A stretch of 64,000 nt of DNA, from assembly GCF_009914755.1 (NCBI RefSeq), contig NC_060932.1; one strand, written 5' to 3'. A program made the translations under genes and the position numbers. Below are positions 16,008 to 29,211 of the stretch, one piece after another; position 1 is the first letter of the stretch; each line of letters opens with the position of its first letter. The notes beneath the pieces were generated by a model, which saw only the letters and a list, made by a program, of their open reading frames with translations, made no database searches and was not told where the DNA came from. The DNA is from the human T2T-CHM13v2.0 reference genome, Homo sapiens.

Positions 16008-16669
16008 GCAAACATCAAAGAATCAAGGGCTGTTTGGTAGTATTTTTACAATATGATTTATCCCCAAAGTAAGAGGGTTATAATCTACTTGTTCCTTCCT
16101 TCCCCATGCCTCTTACTTTCCACTTAATGGGTTGACATTCTGAGGCACATTGCATAAGCCTTCTCAGAAGGTCTTGTTTTGATTGGCACCTGTCACACAC
16201 AGCAGTGGCCTCTGTCATTATATATCTTAGGTTGGAACTTTCTGCTTGCCTGCATTGTTTTCCTAGTCTTTCATTCTTACTCAAATAAGACACCCAAACA
16301 TAAAACTGTCTCAGGCTCTGCTTTCAAGACAACTAAGCTGAGACACTACTTTTTGCAAAAATGCTAAATCTTCAAGGATCTTTGTCAATCCAAGGCTTTT
16401 TCAATCTTACTTCCTATTTTGAGGTCTCAGAAGTGGTGATTTTACCAACCCTTTAAGGTCCCAAATGTCTGAACTGCCGCTTGTCTCTTTCTTTTTCTAC
16501 TTATAAAGTAGCCAGTTATTGACTAACATCATCATTTTCTTTTAATACTTTCCTAAGATCAGCCAATATAAAGCAACACACATCGTCACCCCAACTCCTC
16601 CTGGTCACTCCTTTAGAGCTATATTCTCAGTCAACTCATGTAGTGCTCCCAAATTAAGTCAAGCAACAG

Positions 16670-19040
16670 TTTTAATTGAAACTTTTATTAAGATAATTGT
16701 AAATTCACATACAATTACAATAAATACTACATAGATATAATTTCTATGCTTCTCTCAGTTTCCTCCAATAGCAATATTTTGCAAAACTATATTAAATATT
16801 GCAACAAGGACTTTGAGATTTATACAGTCCACTGATTCAAATCGCCCCAGTTTTACTCTATGCATATATGTGTATATCAAGTTCTCTATAATTTTATCAC
16901 TCTTGTAGGCTCATGTATCTACCACCACAGTCAAGATACTAAGAAGTCCCAACACCGCAAAGATCCTTATTTTGCCTTTTTACAGCTATCCCCATAATTA
17001 TACTTTTTCCACCCTGCCCAGCTCTGTCACTAACTCCTAACCACTAATCTGTTCTCCATTTTTAACATTTTATCATTTCAAAATGCTGTATACATTTAAT
17101 AATACAGAATTTAACCTTTAGGAATTTACTCTTCATGGAGCATAATTCTCTGCAGATTCACCCAAGTTGTTGTTTATTCATCCTTATTGCTGCATAGTAT
17201 TCCATGCTACCTACATACTAGAGATTGTTAACCATTCCACTGTTGAGGGACATTCAGACTCATTCATATTTCTGGCTATTACAAATAAGGCTAATATGAA
17301 TACTCATGTACAGGTTTTTGTATGAAAATAAGTTTTCATTCCTTTGGGAGAAATGCCCAAGTATGTAACTGTCTGGTCATATGGTAAATTTATGTGTAGT
17401 TTTATATGGAACTGTCAAACTGTTTTTCAGTGGGTATATTAATAAACATTCCCAACAGCAATATATGACTGATTCATTTTCTCTGTATTGTCACCAGCAT
17501 TTGGTGATGATGTTTTTTGTTATTAATTTCACCCCTTCTGATAGGGGTATAGTGATATATCATTGTTGTTTTAATTTGCATTTCTCTGATGGCTAATGAT
17601 GTTGGACATTGTTTTTATGTGCTATTTGTTTTATTCATATCCTCTTCAGTGAAATGTCTCTTCATCTTTTTTAACTGTTGAATCTAGAGAGTTCTTTATA
17701 TGTACTAAACACCAGTCCTCTGCCAGATATAAAGTTTGCAATATTTTCTCCTAGATTGTAGGTTGTATTTTCTTCTTCTTCACATAGACTTTTCTTCTTC
17801 TTCGCATAGACTTGCTCATCATCACTGGCCATCAGAGAAATGCAAATCAAAATCACAATGAGATATCATCTCACACCAGTTAGAATGGCAATCATTAAAA
17901 AGTCAGGAAACAACAGGTGCTGGAGAGGATGTGAAGAAATAGGAACACTTTTACGCTGTCGGTGGGTCTGTAAACTAGTTCAACCGTTGTGGAAGACAGT
18001 GTGGCGATTCCTCAGGGATCTAGAACTAGAAATACCATTTGACCCAGCCATCCCATTACTGGGTATATACCCAAAGGACTATAAATCATGCTGCTATAAA
18101 GACACATGCACACGTATGCTCATTGCAGCACTACTCACAATAGCAAAGACTTGGAACCAACCCAAATGTCCAACAATGATAGACTGGATTAAGAAAATGT
18201 GGCACATATACACCATGGAATATTATGCAGCCATAAAAAAGGATGAGTTCATGTCCTTTGTAGGGACATGGATGAAGCTGGAAACCATCATTCTCAGCAA
18301 ACTATTGCAAGGACAAAAAAACAAACATCGCATGTTCTCACTCACAGGTGGGAATTGAACAATGAGAACACTTGGACACAGGAAGGGGAACATCACATAC
18401 CAGGGACTGTTGTGGGGTGGGGGTAGGGGGGGAGGGATAGCATTAGGAGATATACCTAATGTAAATGATGAGTTAATGGGTGCAGCACACCAACATGGCA
18501 CATGTATACATATGTAACAAACCTGCACGTTGTGCACATGTACCCTAAAATTTAAGTATAATAAAAAAAAAAGAAAAAAAAAACAATTCCTCTTCCCCCC
18601 GACAAAAAAAAAAAGGAAAGAACTTTTTTTTGTAGCCACTGATGAGATGCAATTTATCAATTTTTTTCTTTTTTGGATTATGCTTTTGGTGTCTAGTCTG
18701 AGAACTCTTAGACTATTCTTAGATCTTAAAGATTTTCCTCTTTTGTCTTAAAGTTTTATAGATTTATGTTTTACATTTAAGTCTATGATCAATTTTGAGT
18801 TGATTACTTTATGATGTGTGAGGTTTACATTGAAGTACAATTTTTTGGCCTATGAATGACCAAATGCCCCTGCCTTATGTGTTTAAAAGATCATCTTTCC
18901 TCCTTTAAGTCAGCTTCTTACCCTTGCCAAAATCAGTTAAACATATATGTGTGCATCTTGTTCTAGGATCTTAGTTTTATTCTATTGATTTATGTGTCTA
19001 ACCATTTAGTAACACAACACAATCTTAATTACTGCAGCTA
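16670..19040 (-). mobile_element. Ancient L1M (L1MB/MC-like) 3' region, interrupted by a younger L1
   Basis: Degenerate antisense L1 3'UTR and ORF2 end (TTTAATTTGCATTTCTCTGATGGCTAATGATGTTG; CAATTTATCAATTTTTTT; GTCTATGATCAATTTTGAGTT) on both sides of the insert at 17813-18583. Confidence 0.8.
17813..18583 (+). mobile_element. 5'-truncated L1PA4-like LINE-1
   Basis: ORF 17840-18358 is the L1 ORF2p C-terminus ([28 protein letters not shown]...GGN), followed by 3'UTR with G-tract and poly-A. Confidence 0.95.
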
Positions 19041-19089
19041 TATGGTAAATCACTTTCACTTGTATTAAGTCCACACAATGAGATATTTT

Positions 19090-20211
19090 CTATGTTGTAG
19101 TTTTTAGTTTCTTAATTTCCATTTGGCTATTTTTTAGTAACTTCTTTTGCTGAGATTTTTCAGTCTTTCATTTGTCTCAAAATAATTTGTGATTGAATTT
19201 TGGAACATTTTTATAACTACTTTTAAAAAATTTGTGTCATGTAATTCCAACATCTGATTCATCTCAGTATGGCATCAGTTGATTTTCTTATTCAAGTTAT
19301 GATTTGGTGGTGGTGGGGTATGATATTAAAGGTAATTTTCAGCTATATCCTCCTGGACATTTTGTCTGTTACATTAGAATAGTTTTGTTTCTATTTAAAT
19401 ATTTTATTTTTGCAGGCAGTCATCTAGTCTAGGTTTAGAATGCAGCCTTTGGCCTAATTCATGAGCTGTGGTTTCAAGGAGAGTTTAATTTGCAGAACCT
19501 TTACAGTGTTACTCTCATCTACTTGGTGCGGTGCTGCTGGGTTCCCACTGGTTCTGGCTAGTGCTCCCTCAGGTTGCAGAAGTGGGGTTCTCAAGTCTAG
19601 CCACTAGGTGTCTTTCACTGGTGAAAGGTATAGCGGGATCCCCACTTACTGAAGCCCCTGATTCTTCTGGTGTCTCTGGATGGGGAAGGACAGTCTTGGA
19701 TCTGTGGGAACAAAGAGGCTCCCTGGACTTGGCTGCTTGCTTTACTGGGTCATTCCTGCAATCATGCCTGACCCATACAGAATCTTTCAATGGAAAAAGT
19801 CAGTCTCAGGCCCAATGGGAAAGAAGAACTCTTTGCCTGGACTCCTACTATTTTAGGGTCTACCAATCAACCCCTTTTGACGGTGGTTTTGGGATAAACT
19901 GGTGTTGTCAGAAAGGCTCCAGTTGGATTTGCAGGCAGAATGAGCCTACCTGAGCTATCCTCTGTTGGTAAGTCAGGGATTAGTAAATGCCAGGTCTGGG
20001 TGGCCTTCCTCAATTGGATGACAGGATAAAACATGCCCTGCTGCTGTGCTGTGCTGTTCTTCCAGCCTTGGAGTTCCAAATCAGCTCGCCCTCTTCCTAC
20101 ACCCCTTAGAGTTCTCCTATGGTTATCTCTTCCACCAGTTCTGGGGTTTATAGTGGCATTTCCTGGAGAGGAACAAGGAAAAGCTATGCCATCTTATTTG
20201 TACCAGAAGTC
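19090..20211 (-). mobile_element. Putative ancient L1M/HAL1 5' region
   Basis: T-rich antisense L1-like sequence ending GCCATCTT...CCAGAAGTCC, the reverse of a GGACTTC(C/T)GG...AAGATGGC L1M 5' terminus. Confidence 0.5.
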
Positions 20212-21049
20212 CAAGAAACATTTGTACCAAGTGTTCGGTTATGATATAAGCAGGCCCTCTCCTTTTATTCTCTGATACATGTTTCTGCACTACCCATAAT
20301 AAATAATCTGATTTGAGGTACATTTTTCTGCCCCAAATAGGATTTGCCCTTTATCAAAGACCTGTGTATTGCTCTCTATAGCCTATTGATATAAACCATC
20401 ATCCTTCACCTAATATACAAGATGTTCCACAGCCAAGCCATTGTTTCTCTGTTTTATTTTTAATTCCTCCCACATACACACCTTACAAACATTCCTGATT
20501 TGCTGTCCTTAACCAACATTCCCACCTCTATTCAAATTGTCCCTTCTACCTGAAATGTTCTCTCTCCTGTGCTTCTTTAGAAATGCTTGTGGGATTTCAC
20601 CTCATGTTCTAATGATTGAGAAAGTCAGGGTCAACTTCTAAAAGACTGTGGATGCCAAGTTAAGGTTTATGCACTTTAGCCTGTAGGTAAAAGCAATTTC
20701 CTGGCTGGCCTCAATCCTCTGAGAACCCTTATTAGTGGTTACTGAGGCTGTACTCTCTGGGTTACTTGATTTGTAAAGAGGGAAGCGTGCCTCACTGCTT
20801 TGTTTTGGAAGTCAGTTGACATTCAGTTATTAGACTAATCCAAATTGTGTTTTCCAATGAATGTCTCAAGGGAAAGATTCCAATTCACTTTGGCTACTTA
20901 AGAGAAGTTGTCAGAGTAAATTAAGGACTCTGCTCTTGCTCAGGCAGTGGATGTCTCTAGAATAATACCTGTTGGTTTTTCTTGATGTGCAGAATACCCT
21001 TGTTTGAAGTCTGATTGGGCCACATAGCCGTAGAGAAAGTAGTTCTTCT

Positions 21050-21357
<308 letters not shown>

Positions 21358-22229
21358 AGAGACAGAAAGTGGTTCTTCTGTAGAGAAATAAACATACGTC
21401 CAAAAATATAGCTTCCATGAATTTATATGCCTATTATATTTAAGACACTAGGTTCTAGAAAGTGTATGAAAATGTTAACAGTATAGCGCCTGTGTTCCGC
21501 AGGTATAAAATATTTATTTATTCACTCATGCACTCCTTATTCAATCACCTTTTCATATGTTGATTTAATATTTACTCTTTGCCAGTTATCTGCCAGTTAT
21601 TTTGCTAAGTGCTAGTGTTATAATGAATAAGGCTTATATCCCTCAAGCAGCTCTTCACCAATCAGAGGACAGGTTCGCATACAGAGTCTTATCAAACGAT
21701 GTGATTAGGGCAGTGGCTTACTGCCACACTCTTACCACAGGCATGTAGGACCCCATAAAATATAAATGGGAGATTTCTAACTCAAAATGCAGGAAAATTA
21801 GGCATTCTAAAAAAGCTATGGAGGAGATTTTAAAGGGTGAGTAGGCATTAAGGCAGAGAAAATAAAGCAGGCACTCAGAGGAGTGGACACAGTCTAGGAG
21901 AGAAGTTGCATCCTGTTTGTCTGAACACTGAAGAGTAAGAGACAGCCTTGGAGAGGTAGGCAGGGAAGGGTCACTAACAAGCATTAATGGCTGTGATTTG
22001 CATGGTGCTTTACTGTTTATAATTGCTTTGTTTGATTATCACACAAAAATCCTTGATGATTAATTCAACTCATGTGGCTCAATATACAGGAGTTATATGA
22101 AGATCCATTAAATTAAGCCCTATCTAACTGCCTCCTTCTCTCCCTTTTATCCTTCCTTTCCTCATTTGTCCATGTGTTTGTTTCTCCTTTCCTCCTTCCC
22201 TCCCTCTCTCCCTCTCTTTCTTTCTTCAA

Positions 22230-23085
22230 AAAATATTTACTGAATACCTACTAAGTTTCCTCAGCAATGTTAGACAACAAGGACGAACGTGAAAAACAAT
22301 TGAAAAAAAAAAAAACCCTTATAAATTTTGCATTATAGCCTAGAATAACCATATCCAAGTTAAAAGGCAAATATTTAAATATTTAAAATTATTCTGAATT
22401 ACATGTTAGCAAGAAAAAATAAGAGAGGCTGAAATTATACATAAAATAATGATAAGGAAATCTTCTAATACAGTGATGTTTCAAATAGATTCAAAGGAAG
22501 AAAAGAACCCCCAATAAACATAGTTGTAGAGGAAACAAAGCAGAGAAAGCAAAGTTCAAAGTGCCAGAGTGTAGAGTAAGATTTGAAATGAGACTGGTGC
22601 AGACGGATCGCAGAGGGGGAAGAGAAATACAATGTCAATGGTAATTACACACAGGGGCTAGGTCATCCAGGACTTTGCAGGCCTGAGAAGGGGATTTGGC
22701 ATTTACTTGAAGTGTAATGGGAAGACACTGGCTAGTTTTAGCCATGGACTGACGTCATCTGGTTTGTATTTTTAATAGTATACTCTGAGTGCTCTGTGGA
22801 GAAATAGAATGTAGCAGACAGTGAGACTGGAAGATCTGAGACCAGTCAGGAGGCCATTTAAATAATCCAGGTGAGAGATGATAGGGGTCACACTATTGTT
22901 GGCAGTAAAAGATGAGAAAAAAGTAAAGATGGTGTAAACTTTTCAAGATAGGCTCAAGAGGTCTTCGGAATGGAAAGAATGGGGATTTGCTAGTAAGTGT
23001 GAGAGGATCAACAGTTACTCCTAAGATTCAGGCTTAAAAACTGGATGGATGATGTGCTTATTTATTTGCTGAAACTGGGAACTCA
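22230..23085 (-). mobile_element. L2 LINE relic
   Basis: AAATATTTACTGAATACCTACTA; TGTAATGGGAAGACACTGG; AATAATCCAGGTGAGAGATGAT are typical antisense L2 motifs. Confidence 0.75.
22461..22666 (+). repeat. Source copy of ~205-bp dispersed direct duplication (partner 27717-27920)
   Basis: Manual alignment: 11 substitutions and one 2-bp indel. Confidence 0.97.
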
Positions 23086-23145
23086 GAGTGGATCACAACT
23101 TCCCCACCCAAATGCATATATATGAGAGAGAGATATATATGCGAG

Positions 23146-23147
<2 letters not shown>

Positions 23148-23190
<43 letters not shown>
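23148..23190. repeat. (TA)n microsatellite
   Basis: About 21 uninterrupted TA units. Confidence 0.97.
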
Positions 23191-23193
<3 letters not shown>

Positions 23194-23528
23194 TATCTGC
23201 AGCATTAGTGGACTCTGTGAGGATCTGGTTGAGTTTGATTCTGATCATCCAAGCACATGAGCTGCAGGACAAGCTCCACAATCAGGAACATGGAATTTTT
23301 ATCAGATTTCTTTGCAGTGAAGGCAAGTGGGCACATTCCCTGGCTGCTGCAATTGGATGTGCTCTAGGAGACATCAGGTCAGACTCAGTATCCAGAAGAA
23401 GGTGGAGGCATACAGAATCAGTCACAGCAAGACAGACATCTGACTTTCAGCAATGTCAGTGCAGGCTACAGAGCCCTGTTCTCAGTGAGAGCAGCTTTTT
23501 TATATGTTTTCTTTATTACATCTACCTA

Positions 23529-23883
23529 TGATATTGTTTGGCTCTGTGTCCCCACCCAAATCTCACCTTGAATTGTAATAATCCCCATGTGTCAAGGGTG
23601 AGACCAGGTGGAGATATTTGAATCATGGGGACAGTTTCTCTCATACTGTCCTTGATAGTGAGTGAGTTCTCATGAGGTCTGATGGTTTTATAAGGAGCTT
23701 CCCCCTTCACCCGGCACTCATTCTCTCTCCTGACACCCTGTGAAGAGTTGCCTTTTGCCATGATTGTAAGTTTCCTGAGGCGTCCCCAGCCATGCAGAGC
23801 TGTGAGTCAATTAAACCTCTTTTCTTTATAAATTATCAAGTCTTGAGTATTTCTTCATAGCAGAGTGAAAATGAACAAATACA
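23529..23883 (+). mobile_element. THE1D-like solo LTR
   Basis: TGATATTGTTTGGCTCTGTGTCCCCACCC...AATACA. TSD ACCTA at 23524-23528 and 23884-23888. Confidence 0.93.
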
Positions 23884-24845
23884 ACCTATTTACTTACTCA
23901 TGTGCTCCTTATTCAATTGCCTTATTTTCTTTTTCTGACACTCCAGGAAAGAACCATGGATCTGTTTAGGACATGTTCATGTTATGAGGCATTAAAGAGA
24001 TATAAAAGGAACATTTGGTTGTTTAAGTCTGGGGATCAGAAGTGAGGTTGGGGCCAGAAATACTAATTTGGAAATTACCAGCAAAATAGGCATTAGAATA
24101 TATGAGAGCAAGGGGAAAGGGAAAACAGAGTCAATGTGTAGAAAGAAAGTGACAATATGAAGACTGACCATTAAGTTGGTGATATTATTTTGCAAAATGT
24201 AAACTCAGGTCTATTGAGGGCCCTACTGTGGCTACGGATTTTATTTCAGGATATTTATCTATTACTGAGCCCCCCTAGATGCTCAGAACTCTCTGGCACT
24301 TTTATGAACCAACAATACAACTTATCCGACTATCAACTATACTGTGGGAAAAATTCACACGCACACACATACACAGAAAGAGAGAGGAGAGAGAGAGAGA
24401 GAATACAGACTCATTTATTTAACTGAATTAATAGCTTTTAGGAAAAAATATTTGATTAGTAGTGGCCTTTTTTAAATGAGGCACTAGTGAGTAAGTATTG
24501 GCTTAACTAAATCAGTTATTGTGTCAGTATTATTTGGATAAGCAGCCTTCTTGCAAATAGATGAGTAGTAGGGAGAGCAGAAGGAACATTCAGATAAAAG
24601 TCAAGCCTGAACAAGGCAGGAAGCATGTAAGGTCATGGAGTGCTGAGGATGCTTGATTCTCTTAGAGCATCAAGTCACAGAGGGAAGCAGCAAAATCTTT
24701 GACTTTGTATAGGTTTCACAGAGACACACAGTTAGTGGCAGGTGGGAGATTTGAATTCAGCTCTCTTGACTCTAAGTGCAGAGCTCTTCCTTTATCCATG
24801 CTTTTCTTGTCTTCAGTTTTTTTACCTTCTTAATAATTTGGTCTG

Positions 24846-25232
24846 TGATATGTGATATGATTTAGCTGTGTCCTCACCCAAAATCTCATCTTGAATTGTA
24901 ATCCCCATAACCCCCATGTGTCAAGGGAGAGACCAGGTGGAGGTGATTGGATAATGGGGCAAGTTTCCCCCATGCTGTTCTCATGATAGCGAGTGAGTTC
25001 TCATGAGATTTAATGGTTTCATCCCTGTTTGGTGTTTTCTCCTGTGTTCATTTCTCCCTCCTGCTGCCTTGTGACTTAGGTACCTTGTTAACCCTTTTGC
25101 CCTTCACAATGATTCTAAGTTTCCTGAGGCCTCCACAGCCATGCTGAACTGTGAGTCAATTAAACCTCTTCCCTTTATAAATTACCCAGTCTTGGGCGGT
25201 TCTTTATAGCAGTGTGAGAACAGACTAATATT
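24846..25232 (+). mobile_element. THE1D-like solo LTR
   Basis: TGATATG(TGATATG)ATTTAGCTGTGTCCTCACCC...GACTAATA. Flanks GTCTG/GCCTG. Confidence 0.9.
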
Positions 25233-25689
25233 GCCTGTTTTTTAAACTTATTTTTATGTGGTTATCTGAAGCATTACCGTTGTGTGTATAGCTCACATCC
25301 TATTTCTATCATATGGTGTTGCACTTGAATACTTTCTTTAAGCCAAATCTGCACCCTGAAAATCTGGGCCCTAGGATAGGCTCTACTCAAAGAAAGTTTT
25401 GATAGTGTGGGTGCCAGGAGCAAATACTCCATTGTTCATCATGGGTTCAAGTTCCTGCCAACTATCTGATGGCTCTTGGACCCTGCATTCTGTTTCTTCA
25501 TCTGTAAAATTTAGGTTCTTGTGAGGATTAACTTTAAAAGAAACACATAAGCAATTAACTCCTGAAATGAACCAGCTGTGGGGCCTTAAATAAGTTACGT
25601 AAGGTTCCCAGGTCTTCGCTTTGTAAAGTAGTGTGGAATCATTAGGTGTGCAGCTCTATCAATCTCCTATCATTACAGGATTGCAGTGT

Positions 25690-25890
25690 GACTAGGAGGT
25701 TAGTTGTTGTGTACTTGGGTAAATTACTTAGTTTCTCTGTCTCTTTGTTTTCTTATCTAAATAGGAGGATGATAAGACCTTATAGAGTTGTGAGAATTAA
25801 ATAAGATTTTCAAGTAAAGGATTTACTACAATGCCTGGCATACAGTGAGCACTGAATACATGCTTGCAATGATGATGATGATGATGTGAT
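25690..25890 (+). mobile_element. MIR SINE
   Basis: MIR core and 3' end (TTGGGTAAATTACTTA...GTTGTGAGAATTAAAT...TGCCTGGCATACAGTGAGCAC). Confidence 0.7.
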
Positions 25891-26599
25891 GATAGAATCA
25901 ACAGGAACGTAAAAGGAATCCAATTCCATTTATTCCTGTTGCCTCTTCAATACAAACATGATACAGCACCCACTTGCAGGTGCAACTGTGAAGGCCAAGA
26001 ACTGTGGCAGCTGCCAAGAAAAGGAGATGGCCTCTTGCCAGGTGCAGAGCTGCTAGCATGGCTGTCAGGAAGTGACAGAGCATTTGCTGAGAAGTCAACA
26101 TTTGCTGACAGCTCACACATCAAAGCATTTTTCCACAGCTTTCAGTACTGTTACCTTATGCGAGTGTTCATGGGAACAGCCATGCCTGGATAAACCAGAT
26201 AAACTGAGGAATCAAAAGGCATATTCAGACCAAGACTAAAGAGAACCTTCTTCACCTCCTCCATACTTCTTCAATAAGACCACTCAGGACACCTTAACTG
26301 CCTTGCTGCCTTTCTGGGTAAGTCACTGAGAACCTTGTTCAACCTTATCTGTCCATGTCTATAGCTGCTATGCTGACTCAGGCCACTTGCCAAACACTTA
26401 TCATGCCAATACAATGTCAATGACCATTTCAACACCCTCAGCAGCTTCCCATTGCTCAGGAATGGTGACAAATGAGATTGGGAACACCGAAGTAAAAAAG
26501 CTAAAATATCATAATGATGAAATTTTGACCAAAAGACACAGAGATATTTTTGTAAGTGTCTATATGATCTGCTATTCCTCTTCCCATATCTGCTAACAT

Positions 26600-27040
26600 T
26601 CCAAATGCATTTACTATCCTGCTCCCCATTAATGAATCTGTTCCAACCACCCTGGCCTCCTTACCCTTTCCCTAGCAAGCCAAGCATATTCCTGCCTCAC
26701 AAACTTTTCACCTGGTCTTATTGCCTAAAATCCTCCCTCTCCAGGTGTCCCTGTGGCTTGCTTCCTCATTCTATTTCATTTTTGCTGAATATTTTCTTAT
26801 GAATGAGGACTGATTAGATCTCCCTGAATATAACAGCAGCCCCCAATGGCATCGTTGTATCTCTTTCCTGATAGGACTTACACACATAAACATATGTATC
26901 CCTTGATTCCCTCTACTAACATAAAACTTTGTGTAGGCACTTCCTTGAATTTTTTCAATGAGTACATTCTCAGATCCAAGATGAATGTCATAAAATAAGC
27001 CCTTGATGAATATTTGTAAAATAAATGGATAGAATAAATG
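26600..27040 (+). mobile_element. L2 3' end relic
   Basis: CCACCCTGGCCTCCTT...CATATTCCTGCCTCA...AATATTTGTAAAATAAATGGAT. Confidence 0.65.
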
Positions 27041-27716
27041 AAGGGCCATTGGAGAAACCTGTTAGTAGGTTTTTCTGCCTCTGGTGACTTCTACCTCAAG
27101 TTCACCCCCTTATGTTATCTTTAAAGCAGATCTTACCATAAAGGATTCACTTAAATGCCATCAATGGTTGCTATTGCTTAGGAATTATGACAAGATTGGG
27201 AGGGTCAAAGGCACAGAATTAAAATAGTATGATGATATTCTGACCAAGTGACTTAGGAATAGTCAAACCTTCCCCTATCCCATCACACTCCCCTTGTGAG
27301 GCCTACACGCATAAGAAGGAAAATAAAACAAATTACCCTTTAGTATTTACTAAGGCTCTGGCCTCAAACCTTAATGCAAAACCTTAGATATGAACTAATA
27401 AACAAAGCCGAGCTCATGGAAAGATCAATTTTACTAAAACTAAATGTTTCACCAAGATTCACCAAGTCTAGCCAGGCTATTTCCCTCTCTATGATTCCCA
27501 AGCTCCCACTCCTCAAACCTAACCTGATAGCTCTGATCTTATAGCCATGATGTGAAGAAATGACAACCCCTTTTTCTCAGGTAAAAAGGAACTAGAACCA
27601 TAAAATGGGGATTGGCATAGGAAACCACTCCTGGGTATGACCTGTCACCAGTCCCAGATAATACAGTCCTCTTGGAATTCTTCTAATATGTCACATAACT
27701 GGGCTGACGTTTTAAG

Positions 27717-27920
27717 TCTTCTAATACAGTGATGTTTCAATTAGATTCAAAGGAAGAAAAGAATCCCCGATAAACATAGTTGTAGAGGAAACAAAGTAGA
27801 GAAAGGAAAGTTCAAAGTGCCAGAGTGTAGAGTAAGATTCGAAATGAGACTGGTGCAGATGGATCACAGAGGGGGAAAAGAAATACAATGCCAGTGGTAA
27901 TTACACAGGGGCTAGGTCAT
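27717..27920 (+). repeat. Derived copy of 22461-22666
   Basis: About 94% identical to the source, with unrelated flanks and no poly-A. Confidence 0.97.
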
Positions 27921-28322
27921 ACAAAAATGCCCTAAAATCTTGAACCCTATCTGAATCAAAAAGATTGGTGTTTGGTGCATTGAGAGAGGTATGGTAAGAA
28001 TGAGCACTCTCTAGAAGCCATTTTATTGATTTTTGTTTTTCATGTTAATGAAATTACTTAAATTAATAGTAATTACTTAAATTAATAGTAATGTTTCTGG
28101 ATGATTGGTCAGGGTTGGCTGTAGCCCTGGTAGAAGGAGATGATAGGAATCTTAAAGTCCTGCTCACCACCTTGGGCAGCTTTCTCCAAACCTTCCTATG
28201 TTCTACACATTCTCTTGTGACCATTGAAATGTATCATTCAAATTCTAATAATTCTTAAATAAGGGTTTTTATTATTTTTATTTCTTCAAACTATGTTTAA
28301 TATAAGGGACATGATAGTGGGA

Positions 28323-29024
28323 TTTTTTCTTTTAAATTTTTTAAATTCAGGGGTACCTGTGCAGGATGTGCATGTTCGTTACATAGGTAAATGTGTGTAA
28401 TGGGTGTTCGTTGTATAGACTATTTCATTACCCAGGTATTAAGACTAGTACCCATTAGTTATTTTTCCTGATCATCTCCCTCCTTCCATCCTCCATCCTG
28501 TGATAGGCCCCAGACTTGTTTTTCCCTTCTATGTGTCCATGTGTTTTCGTTATTCAGCTCCCATTTATAAGTGAGAACACGCAGTGTTTGGTTTTCTGCC
28601 CTGTGTTAGTTTGCTAAGGATAATGTCCTCCAATTCCATCCATGTTCCTGCAAAGGACATGATCTTGTTCCTTTTAATGAATCCATAGTATTCCATGTTG
28701 TATATGTACCACATATTTCTTATCCAGTCTATCATTGATGGGCATTTAGGTTGATTCCATGTCTTTGCTGTTGTGAACAGTGCTGGAGTGAACATATGTG
28801 TGTATGTGTCTTCATAATAGAACGATTTATATTTCTTTGGATACATACCCAGTAATGGGGTTTCTGGGTCAAATGGTATTTCTGTCTCTAGGTCTCTGAG
28901 GAATCGCCACACTTTCTTCCACAGTGTTTGAACCAATTTACACTCCCACCGACAGTGTAAAAGCATTCCTTTTTCTCCAAAACTTCATCAGCATCTGTTA
29001 TTTTTTGACTTTTTAGTAATAGCC
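28323..29024 (-). mobile_element. 5'-truncated older primate L1 (about L1PA11-16)
   Basis: ORF 28565-28966 resembles the ORF2p C-terminus (LLHCRWECKLVQ...IPFDP...[10 protein letters not shown]); antisense 3'UTR follows. Confidence 0.92.
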
Positions 29025-29211
29025 AAAGAATGTTTTTTAGATCATAAATCACAAAAATACCTTAATTCAGATAACCTCAAAAAAACACTATCCAAAAATT
29101 TACCATTCATTCCATTTAGTAGTTTCAATTGTCCAACTAAGCTTTCCCAATAGGTTATGTAAAGTGTATTACTTTTATAATATTAATTGCTAATCACTAA
29201 TTTTTAATACT

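Noticed and set aside
23529-25232. Two same-strand THE1 LTRs as a complete provirus
   Set aside because: The first LTR has its own TSD (ACCTA), and the ~960-bp spacer looks like L2/MIR relics rather than THE1 internal sequence.
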